This document shows positions 12,150-23,021 of a stretch of DNA of 64,000 nucleotides, piece by piece (position 1 is the stretch's first letter; each line of letters starts with the position of its first letter). The DNA comes from Octopus vulgaris (lineage: Eukaryota): assembly GCA_951406725.2 (NCBI GenBank), contig OX597823.1, positions 32,178,001-32,242,000 on the forward strand. The letters run 5' to 3'. The notes under the pieces were generated by a model that saw only the letters and a program-made list of their open reading frames with translations, made no database searches and was not told where the DNA came from. The position numbers were made by a program, and so were the translations under genes.

Positions 12150-13310
12150 TTTCAGAAAACAGAGTCCATCACATGCCAGGGGAAGGAACTAGAAGTAGTT
12201 GATAGCTTCTGCTACCTAGGTGATCAAGTCTGTAGTGGGGGTAGATGCTCAGAGAGTGTTACCACTAGAATAAGAATAGCCTGGGCAAAGTTCAGAAAGC
12301 TATCCCTACTGGTAACAAAGGGCCTCTCGCTCAGAGTGAAAGGTAGATTGTACGATGCATGTGTGCGAACTGCCGTGCTTCACAGCAATAAAACATGGGC
12401 AGTGACTGCTGAAGACATGTGTAGGCTTGAAAGAAATGAAGCTAGCATCATCCCCGGGATGTGTAATGTCAGTATGCACACACAACAGAGTGTAAGCACC
12501 CTGAGAGAAATGCTAGATATAAGAAGCATTGACGTTTGCATTGATATGGTCATGTACTGCAGATGGATGAAGAGAGCAGTGTGAGAAGGTGCCACTCCCA
12601 AACAGTGCAAGGAATCCAGGGTAGAGGGAGACTTGAAAAGATATAGGATGAGGTGGTGAAGCATGACCTTCAAGCGTTGGGCCTCACAGAGGCAATGACA
12701 GGGGATCGAAACTTTTGGAGGTATGCTGTGACTGAGAGGACCCGGCAAATAAAGTGAGTTCAAAGCTATAACCTGATAGTGTGGTGGGTCCTTTTTACAT
12801 GCCACCGGCACAGGGGCCAGAGAATCTTTTGAAAGGAATTCATTATCTGTTAATAATTAACAGATTAACCAGCCAACTCAAAAGTACCTTGGATCATAGG
12901 GTGACATGCCGTGCTTGAGGAGACCTACTGAGTCAAGTACATCAGCAATATCAAAATCAAATCAAATGGAATTCGTAGCTGTGACCCCGTGCCGGTAGCA
13001 CATAAAAAGCACCATCCGAATGTGGCCGATGCCAGTGCTGCTCTGAGTGGCATCCATGCTAGTGGCACATAAAAAGCACCATCTGATTGTGGAAAATGCC
13101 AGCTCCTCTGGCCCCTGTGTCAGTGGCATGTAAAAAGAACCCACCACACTATCGGAGTGGTTGGCATTAGGAAGGGCATCCAGAAGTAAAAACACTGCCT
13201 GATCAGATTGGAGCCTGGTGCAGCCTCCTGGCTTCCTAGACCCCAGTCAAGCTGTCCAACCTATGCCAGCATGAAAAACAGACGTTAAACGATGATGATG
13301 ATGATGATGA
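12150..13310 (+). mobile_element. RTE-type LINE 3' 1.1 kb with family C tail and (GAT)n end
   Basis: ELEVVDSFCYLGDQV...TTRIRIAWAKFRKL...LSLRVKGRLYDACVRTAVLH. The tail has repeated gtggcac(a/g)taaaaagcacc units and ends acgttaaacgatgatgatgat. Confidence 0.85.
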
Positions 13311-13415
13311 CAATGGCATCAAGTAGACTTAATTTTAAAATACAATGAATCCAATCACTAATCATTCTGTTAACAAAACATTATCCACCAAAAATGTTTA
13401 AAAGACAATTCCTAC

Positions 13416-13527
13416 CTTTTTTGATTAAATTAATAGTGTGCTGGCAGTTACTTTGGAATTCCTCATTATCCTGGCATTTTCTCACCAGAAACATCTTTGA
13501 CAGATAATGAATTCCTTTCAAAAGATT
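13416..13527 (-). CDS. RIMOC1: RIMOC1 exon 6 (112 nt)
   Basis: Boundaries tttatttcag|AAT and AAAG|gtagg. Encodes NLLKGIHYLSKMFLVRKCQDNEEFQSNCQHTINLIKK(G), compared with YLLDGISYLLQML...TAKLLSAG. Phase 0 to 1. Confidence 0.88.
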
Positions 13528-13833
13528 CTGAAATAAAAGATAGATGAAAGATTTTTAACTACTTCCACAATGTGTATTTCAAAAATTCATTAAATCTTTT
13601 TGTCAACTTCAAGAATAATATGTAGAATGAAAATTATATTTAAAATGCCACACAAGAGGAGACAGCTTTCTCTCTATGTTCAACTATTACTGAGATTGTG
13701 ACATTTTCTTTCATCAACCTAAGATATAAAATAGCACCTGCTATATACTGATCCTATTTCATTAATTATATTTCCTAACATGTCTAGATTAATGATCTCC
13801 AGTATGGGAAAGTGGGGAGTGGGAAGCTAAATA

Positions 13834-14300
13834 TCCTGTAGTACATTATTTGCATTATTTACATTTGACGGATATTTGTCCTCATCTTGCTTGTTGTTAA
13901 CATGTTTCAGCTGATATACCCTCCAGCCTTCATCAGGTGTCTTGGGGAAATTTCGAACCTGAGTTCTCATTCCTAAGGTATATTTTTGATGTTTTTATTA
14001 TTATTATTATTATTCAGGAATTGAACTTGGAATCTTGGGGTTAGTAGCCCGTGCTCTTAACTACTAGGCCATATGCCCGTGGTGTAGTGGTTAAGAGCGT
14101 GGGCTACTAACCCCAAGATTCTGAGTTCGATTCCTGAATAATAACATCGAAAAATACCTTAGGAATGAGAACCCAGGTTCCAAATTTCTCCAAGACACCT
14201 GCTGGAGGGTTAACAACAAACAAGATGAAGAGAAATATCCATCAAATGTAAATAATGTACATAATACCTCATCTCTTAAATATAAAACTGTCTTGTAGTA
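13834..14300. mobile_element. Head-to-head (palindromic) tRNA-derived SINE with PLE-type hammerhead, ~30 bp tail and 10-bp direct repeat
   Basis: Arms mirror around about 14079. Each arm has an A box (tggcgtagtgg-like) and a B box (gagttcgattcc), then (AAT)n and a common 3' body. tcctgtagta (13834-13843) and tcttgtagta (14291-14300) flank the element. Confidence 0.75.
13897..13941 (-). ncRNA. Minimal type I hammerhead ribozyme motif (Penelope-like), partly degenerate
   Basis: Minus strand reads GACAC CUGAUGA A GGCUG-gaggguauau-CAGCU GAAA CAUGUUAA. The core boxes and stem II are present; the helix I 3' strand is partly deleted relative to the 18 kb copy. Confidence 0.6.
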
Positions 14301-14573
14301 TGATGGAATGGTAGACTAAATGCCCTATGGCATGGTAGAGCTGGTGGAGTGGCAAGTTAAATGCTTTATAGTATCTGACTGTGTTTCTTTATGTTTTGAA
14401 TTAAAATTCCTTCTCAGTCAGTTTTGTCATTCATTTCTGCAAGGATGTTAAATGACAAGGGACAGGCTAATTAACAAGCAGTGACTCTACAAACAATAAA
14501 GTTTCTTATCTACAGCTGACTTCACATCAAACTAAACACACTATAGCAGTATTTGAACCATAAACAATCTCAC

Positions 14574-14705
14574 CTGATTGAACATGTCTTTTGTTCTATT
14601 TCGTCTCTCTGCATCATCATTAACAGTACTGCAGTACATATACAGCAATGCACCCTGGCGCCAACAGATGCATTCATATATTTCTGCACCTAAAATCTCA
14701 CCAAC
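14574..14705 (-). CDS. RIMOC1: RIMOC1 exon 5 (132 nt)
   Basis: Boundaries catcgaag|GTT and CAG|gtgag. Encodes VGEILGAEIYECICWRQGALLYMYCSTVNDDAERRNRTKDMFNQ, with the hallmark EC..WR.GALLYMYC motif. Confidence 0.92.
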
Positions 14706-15689
14706 CTTCGATGTTAAATAAGAAAATGTATAGAAATGATTAAATATTAAAACAGAATTATCAATAACTTGTTTAGGAAGGAGGGCTAAGTACAAGTGAT
14801 GGATGAAAGCTACCACACAGCTGAATAATGAGAAAAAACATTTCAAGATTCTAGGTTTACTAATAATTATAATTATTTCTAATTTTGGTATAAGGCCAGT
14901 AATTTTGAGGGTTGGATGCGAGTGTTTACCATCAAACCCAGTACTTGATTGGTACTTATTTTATAAGCCCAGAAAAGATGAAAAGCAAGGCCAACCATGG
15001 CAAAATTTGAACTCAGAATGTAAAATTCAGGGACAAATATTGCATTTTTTTCTGATGCTTTAACAATTCAGCCAAGTTGCTGCTTTATATGATAATGAGA
15101 GTAATGGTTTCTGATTTAGCTACAAGACCAGCAAATTTAAAGAGGCCAGTGCTGCCTGACTGGCTCCCATGCTGGTGGCACATAAAAAGCACCATTCAAG
15201 CATGGTTGATGCTAGTGCTGCCTGACTGGCCCTCATGCTTGTGGCACATAAAAAGCACCCACTACACTCTCGGCATGGTTGGCACTAGGAACGGCATCCA
15301 GCTGTAGAAACTTTGCCAGATCGGATTGGAGCCTGGTGCAGCCTCCTGGCTTGCCAACCCTCAGTCAAACCGTCCAACACATGCCAGCATGGAAAGCGGA
15401 TGTTAAATGACAACGGTGGTGATGATAATGATTAGTCAAAACCATCAATCTCATAATTTGACTGCTACTTCATTTTTATCAAACTCAGAGAGATGAAGAT
15501 CAAAGTTGACCAAAGTGGGATTTGAGATCGGAATGCAAAGAGCTCTAATAAGTCTCTAAGTCTCCCAGCTGATGCTCTAATAAGTCTCCCAGCTCACTCC
15601 TTTATAAATTAATAATTATTTCTACTGTAGACACAAGGATAGTAGATAACATCAACCCCAGTGCGTAACTGGTACTTATTTCATCTGAA

Positions 15690-15956
15690 ATAAACTCGAC
15701 TGCTCTCATAAACGAGAACACTAAAAATGAACCCAACCGCTCTCAAAAATTAAGTAAAAAAAATGGAAAAATAATCCTGAATCCTTGTCCAGTACCAGAT
15801 CAATCCCAAAATCTAATCAGTTTGTGCCAGTCATGAGGCCAAACATCCCTAAAAGTTTCATCTGAATCTATCCAGCAATTCTTGAGATATCTTGTCCACG
15901 GACAAACAAACAAAACTGAAACAATACTTCCACCTTTTCTAGGGTGGAGGTAATAA
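15690..15956 (+). mobile_element. Helentron/HINE-like non-autonomous rolling-circle element remnant
   Basis: 'aaagtttcatctgaatctatccagcaattcttgagatatc...gacaaacaaacaaa' microsatellite followed by a subterminal hairpin tacttccacc-ttttctag-ggtggaggta. This layout is typical of HINE-like elements; the assignment is by pattern only. Confidence 0.45.
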
Positions 15957-16699
15957 ATTTGCATTTCCTTTCATTTAAAGTTCACTTCACAACCCATAGT
16001 TTTGTGTTCAGTCCCATGGTGTGGCACCTTAGGCAAGTGTTTTCTACTACAGCCCCAGGCTAACCAAACTCTTGTGAATGGAAGCCAGTCATGTGTGTGT
16101 GTGTTTGTGTCACCTTGTCTTGATGTTGTGTGACAATTGTAAATGCATGTCACTGTCATATAAGCAATGTCCTTCATTTCCAGACTCCCATGAAGACATA
16201 TCCTGTGATGGGAAACTATTAGTTTTCCTGGAAACAGATGAAGGTTGGCAACAGAAAGGGTATCCACCTGCTGAAAATTTGCCTCAATAAAATCTTTCAA
16301 TAAAAACATCTGCAGTAAGTTACAATGCATTACTGCCATTAGTATAGTTTATTTCTTGCTTTAAGCAGAGTTTGGTGTTGGATACACCAAACACTGATGT
16401 AAACAAACAGGAAAACAGTTATTGTCATCATCGTTTAACATCTGTTTTCCATGTTGACATATATAGGACAATTTGGCAGGATCCAGCAAATGCAGGGCTG
16501 CATCAAGCTCTCACACCAGCTTTGGCATGGTTTCTATGGTTGGATGCCCTTCCTAACACCAACCACTTTACAGTATGTGCTGGGTGCTTTTTTTCCTGCC
16601 ACCAGCACTAATGAGGTTGCCAAGTAACTTGCAAGACAGAAAAGAGAAAAGCTCCTGCTAGTAAGTAAGGAGAATATTTGAGGAGAGAAGTGGCTTTTT

Positions 16700-16927
16700 G
16701 CTTTATTGCCCACAGGGGGCTAAACATAGAGGGGACAAACAAGGACAGACAAAGGGATTAAGTCGATTACATCGACCCCCAGTGCATAACTGGTACATAT
16801 TTAGTCGACTCTGAAAGGATGAAAGGCAAAGTCGACCTCAGTGGAATTTGAACTCAGAATGTAACGGCAGATGAAATACCACTAAGCATTTCACCCGGCA
16901 TGCTAATGTTTCTACCAGCTCACCAGG
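16700..16927 (-). mobile_element. SINE family B
   Basis: Reverse complement of the family B consensus (compare 7462, 23286, 29415). Confidence 0.8.
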
Positions 16928-17094
16928 TATTGAAAGGCTAAAGTATGAGAGAGAGACAAGCACAGATGTCTCGTTATAGAGGGGATACATCGGTACCCCT
17001 TATTATATAAGGGTGGGTGAGAGTAATAAAGATGGAGATAATTAACATGATAATTGAATAAATTTTTAATTAACACCAGAATTATCTGTCTTAC

Positions 17095-17147
17095 CTGTTC
17101 TTGAGGAAACAATTCCTGACACAACTCCACTGGTTTTTCAAGTTGTT
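17095..17147 (-). CDS. RIMOC1: RIMOC1 exon 4 (53 nt)
   Basis: Boundaries ttgtttcag|AA and CAG|gtaag. Encodes (K)QLEKPVELCQELFPQEQ. Phases 1 to 0 fit both neighbours. Confidence 0.82.
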
Positions 17148-17309
17148 CTGAAACAAATGATCACTTTGAATAAACAGCAGGATATATTATTCACTGGAGA
17201 CAGAGAGAGAGTGTGTGTTGTGTGTGTGTGTGCGTGTGTAATTATACATGTTATTGTTATTTCTCATAAATCTGAGAGAACAAAGAGGAAGAAAGTCAGG
17301 AATACTTAC

Positions 17310-17403
17310 TTAGTAGATCTCTCACCTTCTCTTCACTAGAATGTTCCGGAAAATCTGTTTCTGTCAGGATTGACTCTGTGTAAAAAGTGAAATCAAGCAT
17401 AGC
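17310..17403 (-). CDS. RIMOC1: RIMOC1 exon 3 (94 nt)
   Basis: Boundaries gatttcag|GCT and CTA A|gtaagt. Encodes AMLDFTFYTESILTETDFPEHSSEEKVRDLL, compared with AILDMTYFEENKLVDEDFPEDSS.QKVKEL. Confidence 0.9.
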
Positions 17404-17943
17404 CTGAAATCAGTTTAGAAAAAGAAAAGAAAAGAACAGTTCCACTATAAATCTATGTGTATTAACATGAGTGTATTTGTGTGTGTGTGTGTGTGAGAGT
17501 GTATATGTAGCTATGGATGTGTGTCTATGTGTATATACATACACACACACACACCATTATTGTTGATTCAGTTCCATTATGAATGCACATGTATTAACAT
17601 AGCTATATTTATCTATTTGTACATCTCATAGGCACAAAATCATATTCAGTTTGGCTATCAATGTATGAATTTATATAAGAGGCATAAATAAGCGACAGAC
17701 AAACCAATGAACAAAAATCATCACAGAAAGGCAACTAATGAGGAAGAGCAAGAAAGATACAACATAACAAAATCAACAAATACTGAACCACCATTAACTG
17801 GTTACATCAAGTAGGGTACCAAAAGTTGGCAACAGTAACATTAAGGACTTCATCTAGCAGTAGACTAACAACAGCTATCATCGGTAACGCGGTGTGGTAG
17901 ATATGCTTTAGGATACATAAATGTATTGAAAAATAATTAGAAA

Positions 17944-18181
17944 GTACATTATTTACATTTGATGGATATTTGTCCTCATCCTGTTTGTTGTTAACACAAC
18001 ATTTCGAATGATATACCCTCCAGCCTTCATCAGGTGTCCTGGGGAAATTTCGAACCTGGGTTCTCATTCTTAAGGTATTTTTCTGATGTTATTATTGTTA
18101 TCATTATTATTCAGATCACTGGAATCGAACTCAGAATCTTGGGGTTAGTAGCCCGTGCTCTTAACCACTACGCCATATGCC
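17944..18181 (-). mobile_element. Monomeric copy of the tRNA-headed hammerhead SINE
   Basis: Same sequence as the left arm of the 13.8-14.3 kb element: tRNA-like head ggcatatggcgtagtggttaagagcacgggctactaaccccaagattctgagttcgattcc, then (AAT)n and the hammerhead. Confidence 0.75.
17993..18038 (-). ncRNA. Minimal type I hammerhead ribozyme motif, degenerate stem II
   Basis: Minus strand reads GACAC CUGAUGA A GGCUG...CAUUC GAAA UGUU GUGUU. Helix I (GACAC/GUGUU) is intact; stem II carries mismatches. Confidence 0.55.
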
Positions 18182-18472
18182 AGTGGCAAAGTAGCATTGA
18201 AGATCTTGACTATGTTTTAACCAGTGAAAGAGTTTCTTAGCACTCACTCAATATACACAATGTAACAGTCAAATTTTCCACCATATAATCCTTACATTCT
18301 TTAAAATGAGAACCCCAAGAAACAGGGAGGGAATTAATCAGTCAATGTCACTTTATAATTAAATTATTAATTAATTTCCTTTCACTCAGTGTTTTTTACA
18401 AGCATTTCCATACAATAAACTACATAACACAGAACCAGTAATCAATAATGAAGGCAATACTTCAACCAAGTA

Positions 18473-18872
18473 GGCAGTGAGCTGGCAGAAACATTAGCAC
18501 GCCGGGTGAAATGCTGAGCGGTATTTCATCTGTCTTTATATTCTGAGTTCAAATTCCACCAAGTTGCATACTGGGGTCTATCTAATCGACTGCACCCTCC
18601 ATCCCCAAATATTTCGGGCCTTGTGCCTATACAAGAAAATAATATTTTAGCACGGGAAGGTGGCAAGCTGGCAGAAACGTTAGCATGCGTTCTGAGTTCA
18701 AATTCCGTTAGCTTTACGTTCTGAGTTCAAATTCCGTCAAAGTCGATTTTGCCTTTCATCCTTTCGGGGTCGATAAATTAAGTACCAGTTGCGTACTGGG
18801 GTCGATCTAATCGACTGCCCACCCCTCCTCATCCCACAAAATTTCGAGCCTTGTGCTTAGAATAGAAAAGAA
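18473..18872 (+). mobile_element. Two SINE family B copies
   Basis: Family B heads at about 18473 and 18658. Confidence 0.75.
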
Positions 18873-20474
18873 TATTTCTACCAAGACTAACACAGCAAGA
18901 ACATCCGAGTTGTTTCCCTTGCTAACCTGGCCTAACAATTATGATAACTTAATCTAATCACTAAATTTACACAGCTGTGGTTAATTCCGATTGGAAAACA
19001 TTTGAAATAATCTGACCCAGCTTTTTAATGAGTGAACACGCAATCATTCAACTGAAAGGTGTTTCTATACCTGTTAGTCATTTGATTAACTCAGAACATA
19101 ATTTTCAGGAGAAATCAGTGTGACGCAGTGTATGTGTGTGTGTGTGAGACAAGGCTGAATTATAGGTACAATCAATGCAACCAATGAATTTTCAAAGATT
19201 TTGCCAACCCAGTCTCTCATAGGCCATGGTTAAGTTGACCTGAGGCTATGGTAAGAGAAACTTGTTCAAGATGCCATGCAGTGAAATCAAAACTTAAGAT
19301 CTCAAGGTTGCAAAACAAACTCCTTAACCACTCAGCAATGTCTACATCCATGTTTGGTAAAGACAGATTCTGTTGAGGACACAGCAGTCATTACAGGTGC
19401 TTCAACAAGATGTGAGTTCAAATCATAGTGGGTTTCACATTACTCATTTCTCTCTCATATGTAATCATATCCAGATGCATTACTTTGTTCAACCTGTAAA
19501 CATGTCATTAATATTAACTTAAATCTTTTGGTTCTACATGAACCAAAGATAAATTTAAAGGTAAAACGATCATGGCAGAAATGCTGACTGTGTGGTGGAC
19601 ATCTTTTACCAGCAAATGGAGATTACTGATCCTGTGGTTTATCTCTAAATTTGTCATCCTTATTGCTAAGTGCTTTTAGAGTAACCCCACCACTTCTAAC
19701 TATACGCTGATGGGACTTCATCAGCAAAAAGGATGTAATTTAGAAGAACAGGAAGAGCTTTTTGCAAGGATACAGTGGCACTCAGAAGTTGGTTTATAGG
19801 ATACATTTTCCATCATCATCATTTAACATCTGCTGTCCATGCAGGTGTGGGTTGGACAGTTTGATCAAAGCTGATAAACTGAAAAGCTGCACCAGACTTC
19901 AGTATAATTTGGCAAGGTTTCTATGGCTGGATGCCCTTCCTAAAGGTTTGGAAGGGTGAGAATGGAAATGTAGGACAGCAGCAAAAAAAGAAAAGAGGAG
20001 GCCAAGAAAGATATAGAATAGTTATGCACAGCTTCAACTCCCAAGGCAGCTTGGAAATGGCCAAAAATGTATGAGAACACTGTTGGTGAAAAGTGTGGAC
20101 ATAATGACAGCAGTACACTTGCCCGACTCCCTGCCCACTGACTACAAGAAGGAGCACAAAAGATTGGAGAATGAGGAAAATATAAAGGAGAGAGAGAACC
20201 TACCAAATACATCAGGCAGAGAGAGACCAGATACTGAAATTGGCAGGTGTAAAATTAAAACTACAATTAATAACATGAAGGCAAGGAGAGCAATAAGTAT
20301 ATTTTCAATATGCATACATATGTACATACATTCATACAAATGAATGTATGTATGTATACTGAAGATATTAACAGTTAATTTTCAGTGTATTGTTGAGACA
20401 TGGCAAGAATAACAAGTTGAAAAAAATATTGATTTAAGTTCATAATAAAGAAAATGTAAATCATCTATACTAAC

Positions 20475-20569
20475 CTTAGCATAGAGCTGAAGCTGATGTT
20501 TCAAGGAGATATTCCCAGACAATCCTTCATTACACATTAGACTGCATTTAGACAAAGTTTCACTCTTTT
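20475..20569 (-). CDS. RIMOC1: RIMOC1 exon 2 (95 nt)
   Basis: Boundaries ttgtgtttag|AA and AAG|gttagt. Encodes (E)KSETLSKCSLMCNEGLSGNISLKHQLQLYAK, compared with ..LLELYTQ just before AILD. Phase 1 to 0. Confidence 0.8.
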
Positions 20570-20644
20570 CTAAACACAAAAATACAAGATAAATTTCAGT
20601 ATTAAACATCTTAAAAGACCTTTTAATAATTTGTTATATATTTG

Positions 20645-21212
20645 AAGAAGTGCCACTCCCAAACAGTGGAAGGAATCCGGGGTAGAGGAAGACCCAGGAA
20701 GACATGGGATGAGGTAGTGAAGCATGACCTTTAAACGTTGGTCCTCAGAGAGGCAATGACAAAAGACCAAGACCTCTGGAGATATGCTGTGACTGAGAAG
20801 ACCCAGGAAATAAAGTGAGTTCACAGCTGTATCATACGCCAGTACCACATAACCAGCCCACTCAAAAGTACCTTGGATTGTAGTGTAACATTCTGTGCTT
20901 GAGGAGATCTATTGAGTCAAGTACATCAAAACCAAAATCAAATGGAAATTGTAGTTGTGATCCCTGTGCTGGTGGCACGTAAAAAGCACCATCTGAATGT
21001 GGCCAATGCCACCTTGACTGGCTTCCGTGCCAGTGGCACGTAAAATGTACCCACTACACTCTCAGAGTGGTTAGCATTAGGAAGGGTATCCAGCTGTAGA
21101 AACACTGCCAGATCAGACTGGAGCCTAGTGCAGCCTCCTGTCTTCCCAGACCCCAGTCAAACCATCCAACCCATGCCAGCATGGAAAATGGACGTTAAAT
21201 GATGATGATGAT
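20645..21212 (+). mobile_element. RTE-type LINE 3' end with family C tail
   Basis: Closely matches 12590-13310; ends ggacgttaaatgatgatgat. Confidence 0.8.
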
Positions 21213-21384
21213 GTGTGTGTGTGGAGAGACAGACAGAGAGGTATAGCTAGAGGTGTAGTCATGGTTGTGTGTTTCAGAAGTTCACCTCCATACTGTTCAG
21301 TTATGGGTTCTGTTCTGCTGCATGGTACCTACTGCTAGTATCTTCTATTATAGCACCAGGCCAACCAAGCTAAAAGAAGTCTAT

Positions 21385-21430
<46 letters not shown>

Positions 21431-21569
21431 TGTGTGTGTGCCTGCGTGCATGGCTGTTTAAATCTGTGATTGTCTGTATAAAAATTGCAAAGTATGTTAT
21501 GGTCGTCAGTTCTCCTATCAACAAATAATCTACTCACTTCATGCCTGCATGAATACTTGATGAGGAAAC

Positions 21570-21912
21570 ATCAACAGTTTTGTAGTAAGGATTATTTGCC
21601 AACATAACATGGCAGTCCTGGTTTAGGACGAATGTTGCTGTAATTTAGCCCCAGGAGACATCGTCTCCAGTTGGCTTTGTGGCACGATTTGTGTCTTTAT
21701 ATTTTCGAACAAGGGAATCTAGCATATAAGGACACAGATCATGTTATATAGCCAGCTGGAGACGATGTCTCCTGGGGCTAAATTACAGCAACATTCGTCC
21801 TAAACCAGGACTACCATGTTACGTTGGCAAATAATCTCTACTACAAAGTACTGTTGCTGAATACCTCTCGTTGTGAGATTTACAAATAGTAATTTTCTAA
21901 TCAACAGTTTTG
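21570..21912. mobile_element. Hairpin-plus-tail insertion (~120 bp arms, ~50 bp tail, 13-bp direct repeat)
   Basis: Arms at about 21579-21701 and 21725-21847. atcaacagttttg occurs at 21570-21582 and 21900-21912. A second family member sits at 55140-55436. Confidence 0.8.
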
Positions 21913-22050
21913 GTCTAAACTGAGAATGGAACAAGTCAAAGTTACACTCCCTTGGTATGCTACATGATGCTACATGGCTTCATGTTGTGGTGCTACAGAA
22001 ACACCTGTTTGTCACTTTAACTCCATTATTTCTTCCTCTTCATACAACAG

Positions 22051-22115
22051 CAGTAATTTGAGCTGAGTGCTTACAGCTGCACTTAGCAGTTGCAAGCACT
22101 CAGCTCAAATTACTG
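22051..22115. repeat. 65-nt hairpin (30-bp stem, 5-nt loop) in RIMOC1 intron 1
   Basis: cagtaatttgagctgagtgcttacagctgc-actta-gcagttgcaagcactcagctcaaattactg; 28 of 30 pairs are Watson-Crick. Confidence 0.8.
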
Positions 22116-22239
22116 GCTAACTGTGAACATGTGACAATAGCACTATATTTACATTGGTAAGTAGAATCAAAATTTATATTAAACTGAAGTGTACATGGAT
22201 GTTATATTCATGATAAATAAATAACTAATTAATTAAACA

Positions 22240-22955
22240 TGAGACATAGTCGTAGCTGTGTTCAACAAGGTCATTATGCAACCACATGGTTTCAGCTACA
22301 GTGCCACTGCACGGCACCTTGGGTAAGTGCCTTCAACTCTAGCCCCAGGCAAACCAATGCCCTGCAAGTGAATTTGGTAGACAACAACTGTGAGGATATG
22401 CCATGTATGTGTATATATATGTATATATATATATTTGTGTGGGTTGTGTGTATACACACAAACACACACACGTCTTTGTGTCTGTGTTTAACGCCCCAGC
22501 TTCCCCACTGCTTGACAACCGGTATTGGTTTGTTTATGTTCCCATAAAGTCGTGGTTGAACAAAAAAATACGATAGAATAAGTACCAGGTTTTAAAAAAT
22601 AAGTACTGGGGTCGATCTGTTCGACTAAAACCTTGCAAGGTAGTATCACAGCATGGTCGCTGTCCAATGACTGAAACAAGTAAAGGATAAAAGTGGATTT
22701 TTAAATTGTTTTTTCCGCATTTCCTGAACGTGTCATAGGTCTCACAACATCATGTAGATGTTGGAACCGTATGCGCATGGCTATGCATGTGTAGGTGTGT
22801 GTGTGTGTGTGAGTGGTTAAGAGGTTTGATTCGCAACTACGCGGTTTTGGTTTCAGTCCCACAACGCAACACCTGGGGCAGGTGTCTTCTTACTGTAGCC
22901 CCGAGTTGACCAAATTTTTGTGAGTGAATTTGATAGGCAGAAACTATATGGAAGC

Positions 22956-23021
<66 letters not shown>

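Noticed and set aside
12985-13145. Short repeats gtggcac(a/g)taaaaagcacc separated by spacers (CRISPR-like look)
   Set aside because: These are sub-repeats of the RTE family C 3' tail, found in many dispersed copies. The context is eukaryotic and there are no cas genes.
14080-14135. Possible tRNA gene (A/B boxes, anticodon-like arm gggctactaaccc)
   Set aside because: There is no acceptor-stem 3' strand and it runs into (AAT)n and a repeated body. It is a SINE head present three times in the window.
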